Shown here: positions 1 through 8,637 of the stretch, piece after piece
How the letters are laid out: every line of letters starts with the position of its first letter
Numbering within the stretch: position 1 is the first letter of the stretch
NCBI GenBank assembly: GCA_016202645.1
Contig: JACQOF010000146.1
Location: 620-64,619, forward strand
Reading direction: 5' to 3'
Source of the DNA: a bacterium
Lineage (GTDB): Bacteria > Lindowbacteria > 2-12-FULL-62-27
DNA length: 64,000 nucleotides
Made by a program: the position numbers and the translations under genes
The notes under the pieces: generated by a model
Told to the model about the DNA's origin: nothing
Databases searched by the model: none
Seen by the model: only the letters and a program-made list of their open reading frames with translations

Positions 1-1
1 G

Positions 2-3000
2 TTTGCCGACACCATCGACGGGGTAATGACGAGCGACACGATTACAGGATTATACAATGACAGCTACTACTGGCGGGTGCGGGCGATCGACGACCTGGGC
101 AACGTCGGGACGAACTCGGCTGTCCGCGGATTTCTTACGGACACGGACGTTGACACCGTGGACATTACCACGCCGCTGGGATCGGTCGTCATCAATACCA
201 CGCTCGAAGTCGAGTGGGCGCCTCTGGCCGACAGTTCCGGCATCGATTCCTATGTCCTGGACATCTCCAACCAGGACTCGTTTGCCGTTCTATATTCTTC
301 AGACACGAGAGACGGAACGGAGACCAGCTTCCTCAAAAACAATCTGGTCAGCGACACCTATTTCATTCGAATGCATGCGATCGACAACCTCGTCACCCGG
401 GGCGCCTATACCATCAAATCCTTTGTCCTTGTGGACACCATGACCCGCGTGACGCTGATTTCTCCGGACACCAGTCACGAAACGAACGCCGTCCAGATCG
501 ACTTCAAATGGGGAACCCAGGACAACACGGAAACTTATACCTGGCAGATTTCAAAAACCGCCGCGTTTTCCGTTATTTCCGACAGCGTGGTGGACACATC
601 GGCCACCTCCCTGAGATACAGCCTGCCCGACGAGGATACATTCTACTGGAGAATCCTCGGCCAGGATGCCGCCGGAAACGAAGACACCTCCGAACCCCGG
701 TGGATACTGCTGGACACCCGGGTGCTTCAGACCACCGCCGCCGCGCCTCCGAACGGGCATGAGACGACCCAGACCGCCGTTGTCGTCAGCTGGTTGAAGA
801 TCGCGTCCGACAGCGTCGGGCTGGACAGTTACGTATTGGAAGCATCCAACACGTCCGGATTTATCCAGTTTGTATTTGCCGATACGCTCGACGCCGCGAT
901 CACACAGGACACGATCACAGGATTATACAACGACAGTTACCACTGGCGCGTCCGGGGCATTGACCATCTTGGCAATGCAGGTCCCAACTCGGCGGCGCGG
1001 GGATTTGTGACGGACACTCTGGTGAATGCAGTCACGCTGTCGACGCCCGCGGACGGCCACGAGACGACGGCGGTCGTGGTGGTGGCGACGTGGCTTGCGG
1101 TGTCGGACAGCGTGGGCGTGGACAGTTACGCGATCGAGGTGTCGCGGACGGCCGGATTTACCACCTTCGTGTTTACCGACACGATAGACGGACTCCTGAC
1201 GAGCGACACGATCACGGGGCTGTACAACGACAGCTACTACTGGCGCGTGCGGGCAATTGACAACCTTGGGAACCCCGGCGCGTTCGGGTCGGCGCGTGGG
1301 TTTGTCGTGACGGACACCCTCGTGAACGGTGTGACTGTGACGGCGCCGGTGGACGGCCACGAGACGACCGTGATCGCGGTGGTTGCGTCGTGGGAGGCGG
1401 TCCTGGACAGCGTGGGGATCGATTCATACGCGATTGAGTCGTCGAGGACGAGCGACTTCGGCGTTCTGGTGTTCAGCGACACGCTCGACGGACTTCTGAC
1501 AAGCGACACGATCACGGGGCTGTACAACGACAGCTACTACTGGCGGGTGCGGGCGATCGACAACCTGGGGAACCGGGGATCGTTCGGTACGGCGCGGGGA
1601 TTCGTGACGGACACGATCGTGGACGCGGTGACGCTGTCGTACCCGTCGACCGGCCACGAGACGACGGCGATCAACATCCTGGCGGGGTGGACGGCGGTAT
1701 CGGACAGCGTGGGGGTGGACAGTTACGCGGTGGAGGTGGCGAAGAACCTGACGTTCGTGAACATGGTATTCACGGACACGCTGGACCGGCTTCTGACGAG
1801 CGACACGATCACGGGACTTTACAACGACAGTTATTACTGGCGTGTGCGCGCGATCGACGATCTGGGGAACCAAGGCCCGTACTCGGACACGCGGGGGTTT
1901 GTGACAGATACGATCGTGAATACGGTGACGCTGGTGTACCCGTCGGACGGGCACGAAACGACGGCGATCAATTTCCTCGTGGGGTGGACGAGCAGTGACA
2001 GCGTGGGGATCGACACATACGCGGTGGATGTTGCGAAGAACACGGCCTTCACGAACCTGGTGTTCACGGACACGCTGGACGCTTTGCTCACGAGCGACAC
2101 GATCACGGGGCTGTACAACGACAGTTACTACTGGCGGGTGCGGTCGATCGACAATCTGGGGAACCAAGGGACGTTCGGGCCGGCGCGGGGTTTTGTGACG
2201 GACACGATTGTGTACGCGGTGACGCTGGTGTACCCGTCGGATGGTCACGAGACGACGGCGATCAATTTCCTCGTGGGGTGGACGACCAGTGACAGCGTCG
2301 GAATCGACACGTATGCGGTGGAGGTGTCGAAGAACACGGCCTTCACGAACCTGACGTTCACGGACACGATCGACGGCGTGTTGACGAGCGATACCCTCAC
2401 CGGCCTGTATAACGACACCTACTACTGGCGGGTGCGGGCGATTGATGATCTGGGCAACCAGGGATCGTTCGGCGCGGCGCGCGGATTTGTGACGGACACC
2501 CTCGTGGCGCAGGTCACGGTCGTGTCGCCCGCGGACGGGCACGAGACGACGAACGCGAAGCCCGTGGTGGTGTGGAGCGCCGTGGCGGCGGATTCAGTGG
2601 GGATCGACAGTTATGTGGTGGAGGTTTCAAACCAGTCGAATTTCGGAACCTTCGTTTTTGCGGACACCGTGGATCAGGCGCTCGCCCAGGACACGGTCAC
2701 GGGCCTGTACAACGACACCTACTATTGGCGGGTCCGGGCTGTCGACGACCTGGGAAACGCCGGCCCCAACTCCTCCGCGCGCGGATATGTGATAGACACG
2801 ATCGTGACTACGGTGACTCTGTCGTACCCGTCGGACGGGCACGAGACGACGGCGATCAATTTCCTCGTGGGGTGGACGACGTCGGACAGCGTGGGGGTCG
2901 ACACGTACGCGGTGGAGGTTGCGAAGAACACGGCCTTCACGAACCTGGTGTTCACGGATACGCTGGACGCTTTGCTCACGAGCGACACGATCCCGGGGCT

Positions 3001-6000
3001 GTACAACGACAGTTACTACTGGCGGATCCGGGCGATCGACAATCTGGGGAACCAGGGGACGTTCGCGACGGCGAGAGGGTTTCTGACGGACACGTTGGTT
3101 GACAGCGTGACGGTGATTTCGCCCCTGGATCAGGCGCAAATCAGCAGTACCCTGAACCTGCAGTGGCAGGCCCTCGCCGACAGCAGCGGCGTGGATTCGT
3201 ACGCCATCGAAATTTCCACCACCAGCGCCTTCACGACTCTCTTCTCGAGTGACACGGTGGCCGGGTCCGACACGACATTCACCAAGACGGATTTCCTCAG
3301 CGACACATATTTTCTCCGGATACGGGCCATTGACAATCTGGACAATCGCGGTACGTACACCATCATCTCCTTCGGCCTCACGGACACGTCCACCAAAGTA
3401 AAACTGGTTTCTCCGGACACAGGACACGAAACCCGGGCGGTCACCGTCGAGTTTCAGTGGGGCACGCAGGACAACACGGAAACTTTCACCTGGCAGATAT
3501 CCAGAAGTCCGTCCTTCGAAACTTTCACCGACAGCGTCGTTGACACGACCGCCACGAGCTTCAAATTCTCCCTGCCGTCGGAAGACACCTTCTATTGGCG
3601 CGTCTCCGGGGTGGATCAGGCCGGGAACCGGGACACATCGGCCAGCCGCTGGATTTTCCTGGATACCCGGGTCAGCAATGTGACGATTCTCAGTCCGGCG
3701 GACGCAGGTGAAACCAGCAACGCCGGGCTGACCGTGACCTGGGCCGCCGTGACATCGGACAGCGTCGGCATAGACAGTTACCGGGTGGAGGTCTCCAACA
3801 CCTCCTCCTTCACCATTTTTACTTTCGTTGACACTGTCGCCGCGTCGATCACCCAGAGCGCGCTGACAGGGCTCTATAACGACACGTACTTCTGGCGGGT
3901 GTTGGCCATTGACCATGTCGGCAACACCAGTCCGGTCCCGGAGGTCCGATCCTTTTTGGTCGACACCTCCGTCGAAACCGTTACCCCGGTTTCTCCGGCC
4001 GACGGCCACGAAACCACCGCCTTCTCTTTCGTCGTGACCTGGCAGGCTGTCTCATCGGACAGCACGGAGATCGACAGCTACACGGTTGACGTCTCCACCA
4101 CCTCCGCATTCACAACGACTGTTTTCTCGGACACGGTGGACAGCCCCGTCACGCAGGACACGATCACCGCGCCTTGCAACGACACCTATTTCTGGCGTGT
4201 TCGGGGGGTCGACCGGCTGGGCAATCGAAGCGCCGCCTGGACCGCGCGGACGTTCCGGGTCGACACGATGGCCTCGTCGGTTGTTCTAGCCGCCCCGGCC
4301 GGCGGGCACGAGACGACCCAGATTCAGATTGTGGTTGCCTGGAATCTGGTAACCGACGATTCCTCCGGCATCGATTCCTACGTAATCGAGGTTTCAAACG
4401 CCGCGTCTTTTACAATTTTTGTATTCGCCGACACCGTGTCGCATCCCAACGCGTCGGACACCGTGACCGGATTGTACAACGACACCTATTTCTGGCGTGT
4501 CCGGTCGGTGGACCGGCTGGGCAACGTCGGTTCGGCCGCCTCCTCAAGAAGTTTCGTCGTGGATACCGTCACCGGCCGGGTCGTTCTTTCCCTTCCGGCG
4601 AACGGTTCCAGCACCGTGGAAACCGCGCCGAATCTGTCGTGGCTGGCGACTGCCGACAGCGTCGGGATCGACACCTATGCGATGGAAGTTTCAAACGCGC
4701 CGGACTTTTCAACGCTGAATTTTTCCGATTCCGTGGCCGGAACATTGACCGACCGGACCGTCAGCCCCGGACTTGCAGGCGATACCTATTACTGGCGGGT
4801 ACGGGCCATAGACCGGCTCGGCAATCAGGGGCCTTATTCCGACAGCTACTCTTTTTATGTGGACACCTCCACGCAGCCCAATCCCGGCATTGACGCGGAA
4901 ACCTTCACCACGATTCCGGCCTCCACGCCAGCGGCCACTTCCGGTTTTACGCTGGACACCGACGGCCTTCCGGAGACATTTCTAATCAAATTGAGCGTCC
5001 GGAACGTCGGTAACGTGAGCCTGCGGATTTCCCCCGATTCGACCGACCTGGCGATCCGGAATGCGTCCGGCGAAAACATTGCCAGTCAATTCAACTTGAT
5101 TTCCCGGACTGACACATTCACCCTGGGCGCCTCGGCGGACACCACCATCCTGTATGAAGCGACCGTCCCGGGCAGCGGCGCGGGGGTCGGAGCCGTCGTC
5201 ATCGTCCTGGCGGAAAGCCGGCCCCTCAGTGTCGTGACCTCAACCCTGCAGGCGGTGGCGGACACGCGCGGCGCGGAGACTGCGACGGTGTATTTGAAAC
5301 AGTCGACCGCGGGGCAGACGCAGATCACGTCGGGCGGGATCTCCGTCGGAAGCTTGAGCAGTTTTCCGGCCAACACCGTGATTTCCATCGTCTCGGTCAA
5401 TTTCCTCAGCGACACATCGAAAACCAGCGTCACCGCCGCCAACAACAACATCTCGGCGATCGCAACGCAGATCCGGGAAATCGCGGGAAGCAGGCTCGAT
5501 CAGTCCGTGACGGAAATCAATGTCTCGAATCAGCCGGCCGCCGACATTCAAATCACCATTCCCTACGATCCCGCCGGCCTGACCGCGGATCAGGAAACCA
5601 CGCTCAAAGTTTTTACCTTGAACGAAACTGTCAATCCTCCCGTGTGGGAGGTCCTTTCGGGGTCCCAAACCGTCAACGCCGCCGGCAACACCGTTACCGC
5701 CGCCACGCCGCACTTCAGCATCTTCCGAATTTTCTCCGTCGGCCCCGGCATCCTGAATTCTCTCGGATCCGGCGTCATCGTCTTTCCGAATCCCTTCAAA
5801 CCCAACGACGGCGACGACCAGACGGGGACGAGCGGCAGCGGGATTTATTTCGGCATCAAGAGCGGCAACGGCGCCGCGGGGTTTCCGAAGGGAGCGACCC
5901 TGGAGATTTTCAACGTCCTCGGGACCCATCTCACCAAAGCCGAGGTCACCACCGACGCCGGCGGCATCCTCAACTGGGACGTCACAAACCGGGGCGGACA

Positions 6001-6085
6001 GCGCGTCGCCAGCGGAGTCTACGTCTATCTCATCCGGCTGCCGAACGGGGAGCGGGCCGTGGGAAAGTTTTCGATTATCCGATGA
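2..6085 (+). CDS. Giant repetitive cell-surface protein, 5'-partial (>=17 tandem ~95-aa FN3/Ig-like modules plus a C-terminal T9SS-type sorting domain)
   Basis: The frame is open from the window edge. Nt 2 onward encodes FADTIDGV, which continues the repeat, so the 5' end is missing. Stop is TGA 6083-6085. At least 17 modules carry 'TGLYND(S/T)YYWRVRAIDxLGNxG', most preceded by 'P(A/S)DGHETT'. A non-repeat region starts at ~4870. The C-terminus 'VFPNPFKPNDG...GVYVYLIRLPNGERAVGKFSIIR' fits the T9SS type-A / FlgD-Ig-like sorting-domain pattern as I know it. Confidence 0.85.
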   Translation, partial: FADTIDGVMTSDTITGLYNDSYYWRVRAIDDLGNVGTNSAVRGFLTDTDVDTVDITTPLGSVVINTTLEVEWAPLADSSGIDSYVLDISNQDSFAVLYSSDTRDGTETSFLKNNLVSDTYFIRMHAIDNLVTRGAYTIKSFVLVDTMTRVTLISPDTSHETNAVQIDFKWGTQDNTETYTWQISKTAAFSVISDSVVDTSATSLRYSLPDEDTFYWRILGQDAAGNEDTSEPRWILLDTRVLQTTAAAPPNGHETTQTAVVVSWLKIASDSVGLDSYVLEASNTSGFIQFVFADTLDAAITQDTITGLYNDSYHWRVRGIDHLGNAGPNSAARGFVTDTLVNAVTLSTPADGHETTAVVVVATWLAVSDSVGVDSYAIEVSRTAGFTTFVFTDTIDGLLTSDTITGLYNDSYYWRVRAIDNLGNPGAFGSARGFVVTDTLVNGVTVTAPVDGHETTVIAVVASWEAVLDSVGIDSYAIESSRTSDFGVLVFSDTLDGLLTSDTITGLYNDSYYWRVRAIDNLGNRGSFGTARGFVTDTIVDAVTLSYPSTGHETTAINILAGWTAVSDSVGVDSYAVEVAKNLTFVNMVFTDTLDRLLTSDTITGLYNDSYYWRVRAIDDLGNQGPYSDTRGFVTDTIVNTVTLVYPSDGHETTAINFLVGWTSSDSVGIDTYAVDVAKNTAFTNLVFTDTLDALLTSDTITGLYNDSYYWRVRSIDNLGNQGTFGPARGFVTDTIVYAVTLVYPSDGHETTAINFLVGWTTSDSVGIDTYAVEVSKNTAFTNLTFTDTIDGVLTSDTLTGLYNDTYYWRVRAIDDLGNQGSFGAARGFVTDTLVAQVTVVSPADGHETTNAKPVVVWSAVAADSVGIDSYVVEVSNQSNFGTFVFADTVDQALAQDTVTGLYNDTYYWRVRAVDDLGNAGPNSSARGYVIDTIVTTVTLSYPSDGHETTAINFLVGWTTSDSVGVDTYAVEVAKNTAFTNLVFTDTLDALLTSDTIPGLYNDSYYWRIRAIDNLGNQGTFATARGFLTDTLVDSVTVISPLDQAQISSTLNLQWQALADSSGVDSYAIEISTTSAFTTLFSSDTVAGSDTTFTKTDFLSDTYFLRIRAIDNLDNRGTYTIISFGLTDTSTKVKLVSPDTGHETRAVTVEFQWGTQDNTETFTWQISRSPSFETFTDSVVDTTATSFKFSLPSEDTFYWRVSGVDQAGNRDTSASRWIFLDTRVSNVTILSPADAGETSNAGLTVTWAAVTSDSVGIDSYRVEVSNTSSFTIFTFVDTVAASITQSALTGLYNDTYFWRVLAIDHVGNTSPVPEVRSFLVDTSVETVTPVSPADGHETTAFSFVVTWQAVSSDSTEIDSYTVDVSTTSAFTTTVFSDTVDSPVTQDTITAPCNDTYFWRVRGVDRLGNRSAAWTARTFRVDTMASSVVLAAPAGGHETTQIQIVVAWNLVTDDSSGIDSYVIEVSNAASFTIFVFADTVSHPNASDTVTGLYNDTYFWRVRSVDRLGNVGSAASSRSFVVDTVTGRVVLSLPANGSSTVETAPNLSWLATADSVGIDTYAMEVSNAPDFSTLNFSDSVAGTLTDRTVSPGLAGDTYYWRVRAIDRLGNQGPYSDSYSFYVDTSTQPNPGIDAETFTTIPASTPAATSGFTLDTDGLPETFLIKLSVRNVGNVSLRISPDSTDLAIRNASGENIASQFNLISRTDTFTLGASADTTILYEATVPGSGAGVGAVVIVLAESRPLSVVTSTLQAVADTRGAETATVYLKQSTAGQTQITSGGISVGSLSSFPANTVISIVSVNFLSDTSKTSVTAANNNISAIATQIREIAGSRLDQSVTEINVSNQPAADIQITIPYDPAGLTADQETTLKVFTLNETVNPPVWEVLSGSQTVNAAGNTVTAATPHFSIFRIFSVGPGILNSLGSGVIVFPNPFKPNDGDDQTGTSGSGIYFGIKSGNGAAGFPKGATLEIFNVLGTHLTKAEVTTDAGGILNWDVTNRGGQRVASGVYVYLIRLPNGERAVGKFSIIR

Positions 6086-7029
6086 ACCGATATCGAATCT
6101 GTCTCGGATTTTTGATTGTCCTGTGCCTGGCCTCCTGCGTCTCCGCCGCCGCCCGCAGTCGGACCGGAGTCAGCGCCGCCGTATTTCTGACGGATCCCGC
6201 CGGCGCCCGGTCGGTGGCCATGGGCGGCGCCGGCGTGGCGGTACCGGGGGATATTTCAGGCATTTTTTTCAATCCGGCCGGACTGGCCAGCATCGACGGA
6301 ACGGTCCTGATGGCCGAATATGACATTCGTTTCGCGGACATCCGCAAGTCGACGCTGGCGTTGAATCGAAGGATCAAAAACGGAAATCTGGGCGTCGGCT
6401 TCAATCATCTCCAGACCGGATCTCAAGACCGGACCGGCGTGACCGGCGCCGGCGCCACGGCGCAGCCGGTGGTGGGACTCGGCACGTTCGATGCGTACGA
6501 TTTCGCCGCCTCGGTCGGCTACGGGTGGCGGTGCAGTCGGAACATCAATTTCGGCGCAAACGTAAAATGGATCCGGCAGAGCATTGAATCCATCCAGGCC
6601 ACCGCCTACGCCGCGGATTTGGGAGCAATCCACTCGATGAATGTCCCCTGGTTTGACATCGCCGCCTGGGGATTGGCGGTGACGAACATTGGCACCCAGA
6701 TAAAATTCATGAAGGAGAAGGAGGACCTGCCCCGCGGATTCAAGGCCGGGATTTTTCTGACAAAATATTTTTCCCAGGACAGGTTCAACATCCTGCTGGA
6801 CATCGGCCGGAGGAAGGACGCCAACATCCACGTCAATGCGGGCGTCGAATACTGGTTCCACCGCACGCTCGCCCTTCGCGCCGGTTACAACGCACTCATT
6901 GAGAAAAGCGGGGATCTGGCGGCAGGACTGGGCATCCGGTATGGAAAAATCAGCCTGGACTACGCCTTTGTCCCGTTTACAATCCTGGACGATCAGGCCC
7001 ACCGGATGACGTTTCTCTTCCGGTTCTGA
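6082..7029 (+). CDS. PorV/PorQ-like outer-membrane beta-barrel protein
   Basis: ATG 6082 overlaps the upstream stop (ATGA). Signal peptide MNRYRICLGFLIVLCLASCVSAA. The N-terminal motif 'GARSVAMGGAGVA...GIFFNPAGLA' is typical of PorV/PorQ-family barrels. The sequence alternates like beta-strands and ends in aromatic ...FLFRF. I trimmed the 5644-6081 extension of the tracked ORF because it lies inside the upstream gene. Confidence 0.6.
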   Translation: MNRYRICLGFLIVLCLASCVSAAARSRTGVSAAVFLTDPAGARSVAMGGAGVAVPGDISGIFFNPAGLASIDGTVLMAEYDIRFADIRKSTLALNRRIKNGNLGVGFNHLQTGSQDRTGVTGAGATAQPVVGLGTFDAYDFAASVGYGWRCSRNINFGANVKWIRQSIESIQATAYAADLGAIHSMNVPWFDIAAWGLAVTNIGTQIKFMKEKEDLPRGFKAGIFLTKYFSQDRFNILLDIGRRKDANIHVNAGVEYWFHRTLALRAGYNALIEKSGDLAAGLGIRYGKISLDYAFVPFTILDDQAHRMTFLFRF

Positions 7030-7037
7030 CAAACCGG

Positions 7038-8231
7038 TCAGTCAAGATTCACCCGGACCCGGATATAGCGGGTGTCCCACGTTTCCGCGGGATGGTATTT
7101 CCATTCCGCGACGGCATTTTTCCACAGCAGGTCGATTTCCCTGAATCCCGTTGTTTTTTCGACGTCCACCGACTCGATCCGGCCCGAAGGCGCAATCAGA
7201 ACGCGGAAGAGTCCCACCGATTCGATCCCCTTTTTTTCGAACCACGGCGGGATGGCCGGATGCGGGTGATGGACAAGATTTCTGCCGCCCGTCCCCGAAG
7301 GCGCCGGGAATCCCCGGCCGGATCCCAGTTGGATCACTCCGCTGCCCATCGAGAGGTCTTCGACGGAGAATCCCGTCCCGTCCGGCCGGGATCCGCCGCC
7401 CGATCCCCGGGCGCCTTCCTCCCGGCCGGCATCGCCGCCAGTACCCACCATCGGTGTGACGCTGCCGCTCAGCAAATTCCCGCCCCCGGTGGACGACTCC
7501 GAATCAGACCCGCCCCCCGCGCCGTCACGGCCCTGTCCCCAGGAGGCCGGATTCTGACCATCGGTTTGTTTCGATCGGCCCTGACCAATCCCGCCGCCCG
7601 GAATTTCTTTTGATTTCCCCATGCCCCCGGCGCCGCCGCCGTCCCCGGCCGGCACGAAGAAGCCGGAGGCGGATGAGGGCGCCGCGCCGGCTCCGCCGCC
7701 ATTTCCACCCGGGACCAATCTGCCTCGAGAAGGCGCGGACTGAATAAGCGGAATTCCGGCAAGAGAGGCGGCCGAGGACGGCGAGCCGCCGCCGACCGAA
7801 GAGGGCGATCGTTTCGAAGCGAATTCCGCCGCGCTCTTGTCCGATGGGAGGGGCGAGAGAATCAGCGGCTCTTTTCCGAATGGCATCGCCGGCCATCCTG
7901 ACCCGGCGGGTCCGGGCCGCCGCGCCGGGATGGGCTTGTTGGAACTCACCGGCATATCAACGGTGGCCGCCGCCGGTGAACCCGATGCATCGGGACGCGT
8001 CACATCCCAAAACGCGGGGCGCCGGCCGGAGGGCGCCGGACCATCCGTTTTTTGCGATTTTTGAACCCGGGGTTTTGGCGCGGCATCGTATGCCGGGCCG
8101 ATGACTTTGACCCGCATCTTCGGAATGAGGGGTGGATACAGGGCCGCGGCGAGAACACCGAGTAAAACATAAAAAACGATTACGGCGGCCAGGGCCGACG
8201 CGGCATCGCGGTTGTTTGGGAAGACGGACAT
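7038..8231 (-). CDS. TonB C-terminal-domain protein with a long Pro/Gly/Ser-rich spacer (TonB/TolA-like)
   Basis: N-terminal TM helix (AAVIVFYVLLGVLAAALY). About 270 aa of P/G/S-rich low complexity. C-terminal 'PPWFEKKGIESVGLFRVLIAPSGRIESVDVEKTTGFREIDLLWKNAVAEWKYHP' resembles the TonB_C fold signature. Confidence 0.7.
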   Translation of the reverse strand: MSVFPNNRDAASALAAVIVFYVLLGVLAAALYPPLIPKMRVKVIGPAYDAAPKPRVQKSQKTDGPAPSGRRPAFWDVTRPDASGSPAAATVDMPVSSNKPIPARRPGPAGSGWPAMPFGKEPLILSPLPSDKSAAEFASKRSPSSVGGGSPSSAASLAGIPLIQSAPSRGRLVPGGNGGGAGAAPSSASGFFVPAGDGGGAGGMGKSKEIPGGGIGQGRSKQTDGQNPASWGQGRDGAGGGSDSESSTGGGNLLSGSVTPMVGTGGDAGREEGARGSGGGSRPDGTGFSVEDLSMGSGVIQLGSGRGFPAPSGTGGRNLVHHPHPAIPPWFEKKGIESVGLFRVLIAPSGRIESVDVEKTTGFREIDLLWKNAVAEWKYHPAETWDTRYIRVRVNLD

Positions 8232-8235
8232 CGGC

Positions 8236-8634
8236 CTAGAGCAGCGCCAAAATCACCGCGGTCAGAACCACCAGCATGCCCACGTTTAAAAAAGTTTTCC
8301 CAGGGGTGATGTCCGGTTTCTTTTTGGCGCGGAGTTCCTCAGGCGGCCGCGCCGTTCGGGCCTCATGATATTTTTCCACATCGGCGGCGGGCGATGGATC
8401 GCCCGCGGTGTCCCGCTGAATCTGGATGGCCGGCAGAATCAGACGGGTGTCGGGTTCGATGGCGGCTGATGGAGCGGACCGATCTTTTCCGATCACCGTG
8501 AATTCATCCACCTCCTCGGCCCCGCGGCTCTCCGCCGCGCATAGACAGAACCCCAGAGCGGCGATCATCGTCCTCGCCAAAATTCTCCCGCCGCCTTCCC
8601 GCATGGCCGGCCTGTTTGACCTCATCCTTTCCAT
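8236..8634 (-). CDS. Small hypothetical envelope protein (N-terminal signal/lipobox-like segment, C-terminal TM helix)
   Basis: 132-aa ORF placed 3-4 nt from both neighbours on the same strand. N-terminal 'IAALGFCLCAAE'. C-terminal hydrophobic 'FLNVGMLVVLTAVILALL'. No family recognised. Confidence 0.45.
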   Translation of the reverse strand: MERMRSNRPAMREGGGRILARTMIAALGFCLCAAESRGAEEVDEFTVIGKDRSAPSAAIEPDTRLILPAIQIQRDTAGDPSPAADVEKYHEARTARPPEELRAKKKPDITPGKTFLNVGMLVVLTAVILALL

Positions 8635-8637
8635 CTC

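Noticed and set aside
1424-4009. Long minus-strand ORFs (372 aa and 460 aa) and many 60-180-aa ORFs inside the giant repeat gene
   Set aside because: They are periodic R/H/V/P-rich translations of the antisense or off-frame repeat. They inherit the repeat period and carry no independent coding signal.
5644-6081. N-terminal 146-aa extension of the PorV-like ORF. Similar tracked extensions exist for xseA (22220-22390), feoB (30651-30755), cysH (51245-51676), the antiporter (60921-61697) and tlyA (25549-25920).
   Set aside because: The extensions overlap neighbouring genes, have Arg-rich nonsense composition and precede internal ATGs. Those ATGs give canonical N-termini or signal peptides, often with ATGA-type overlap.
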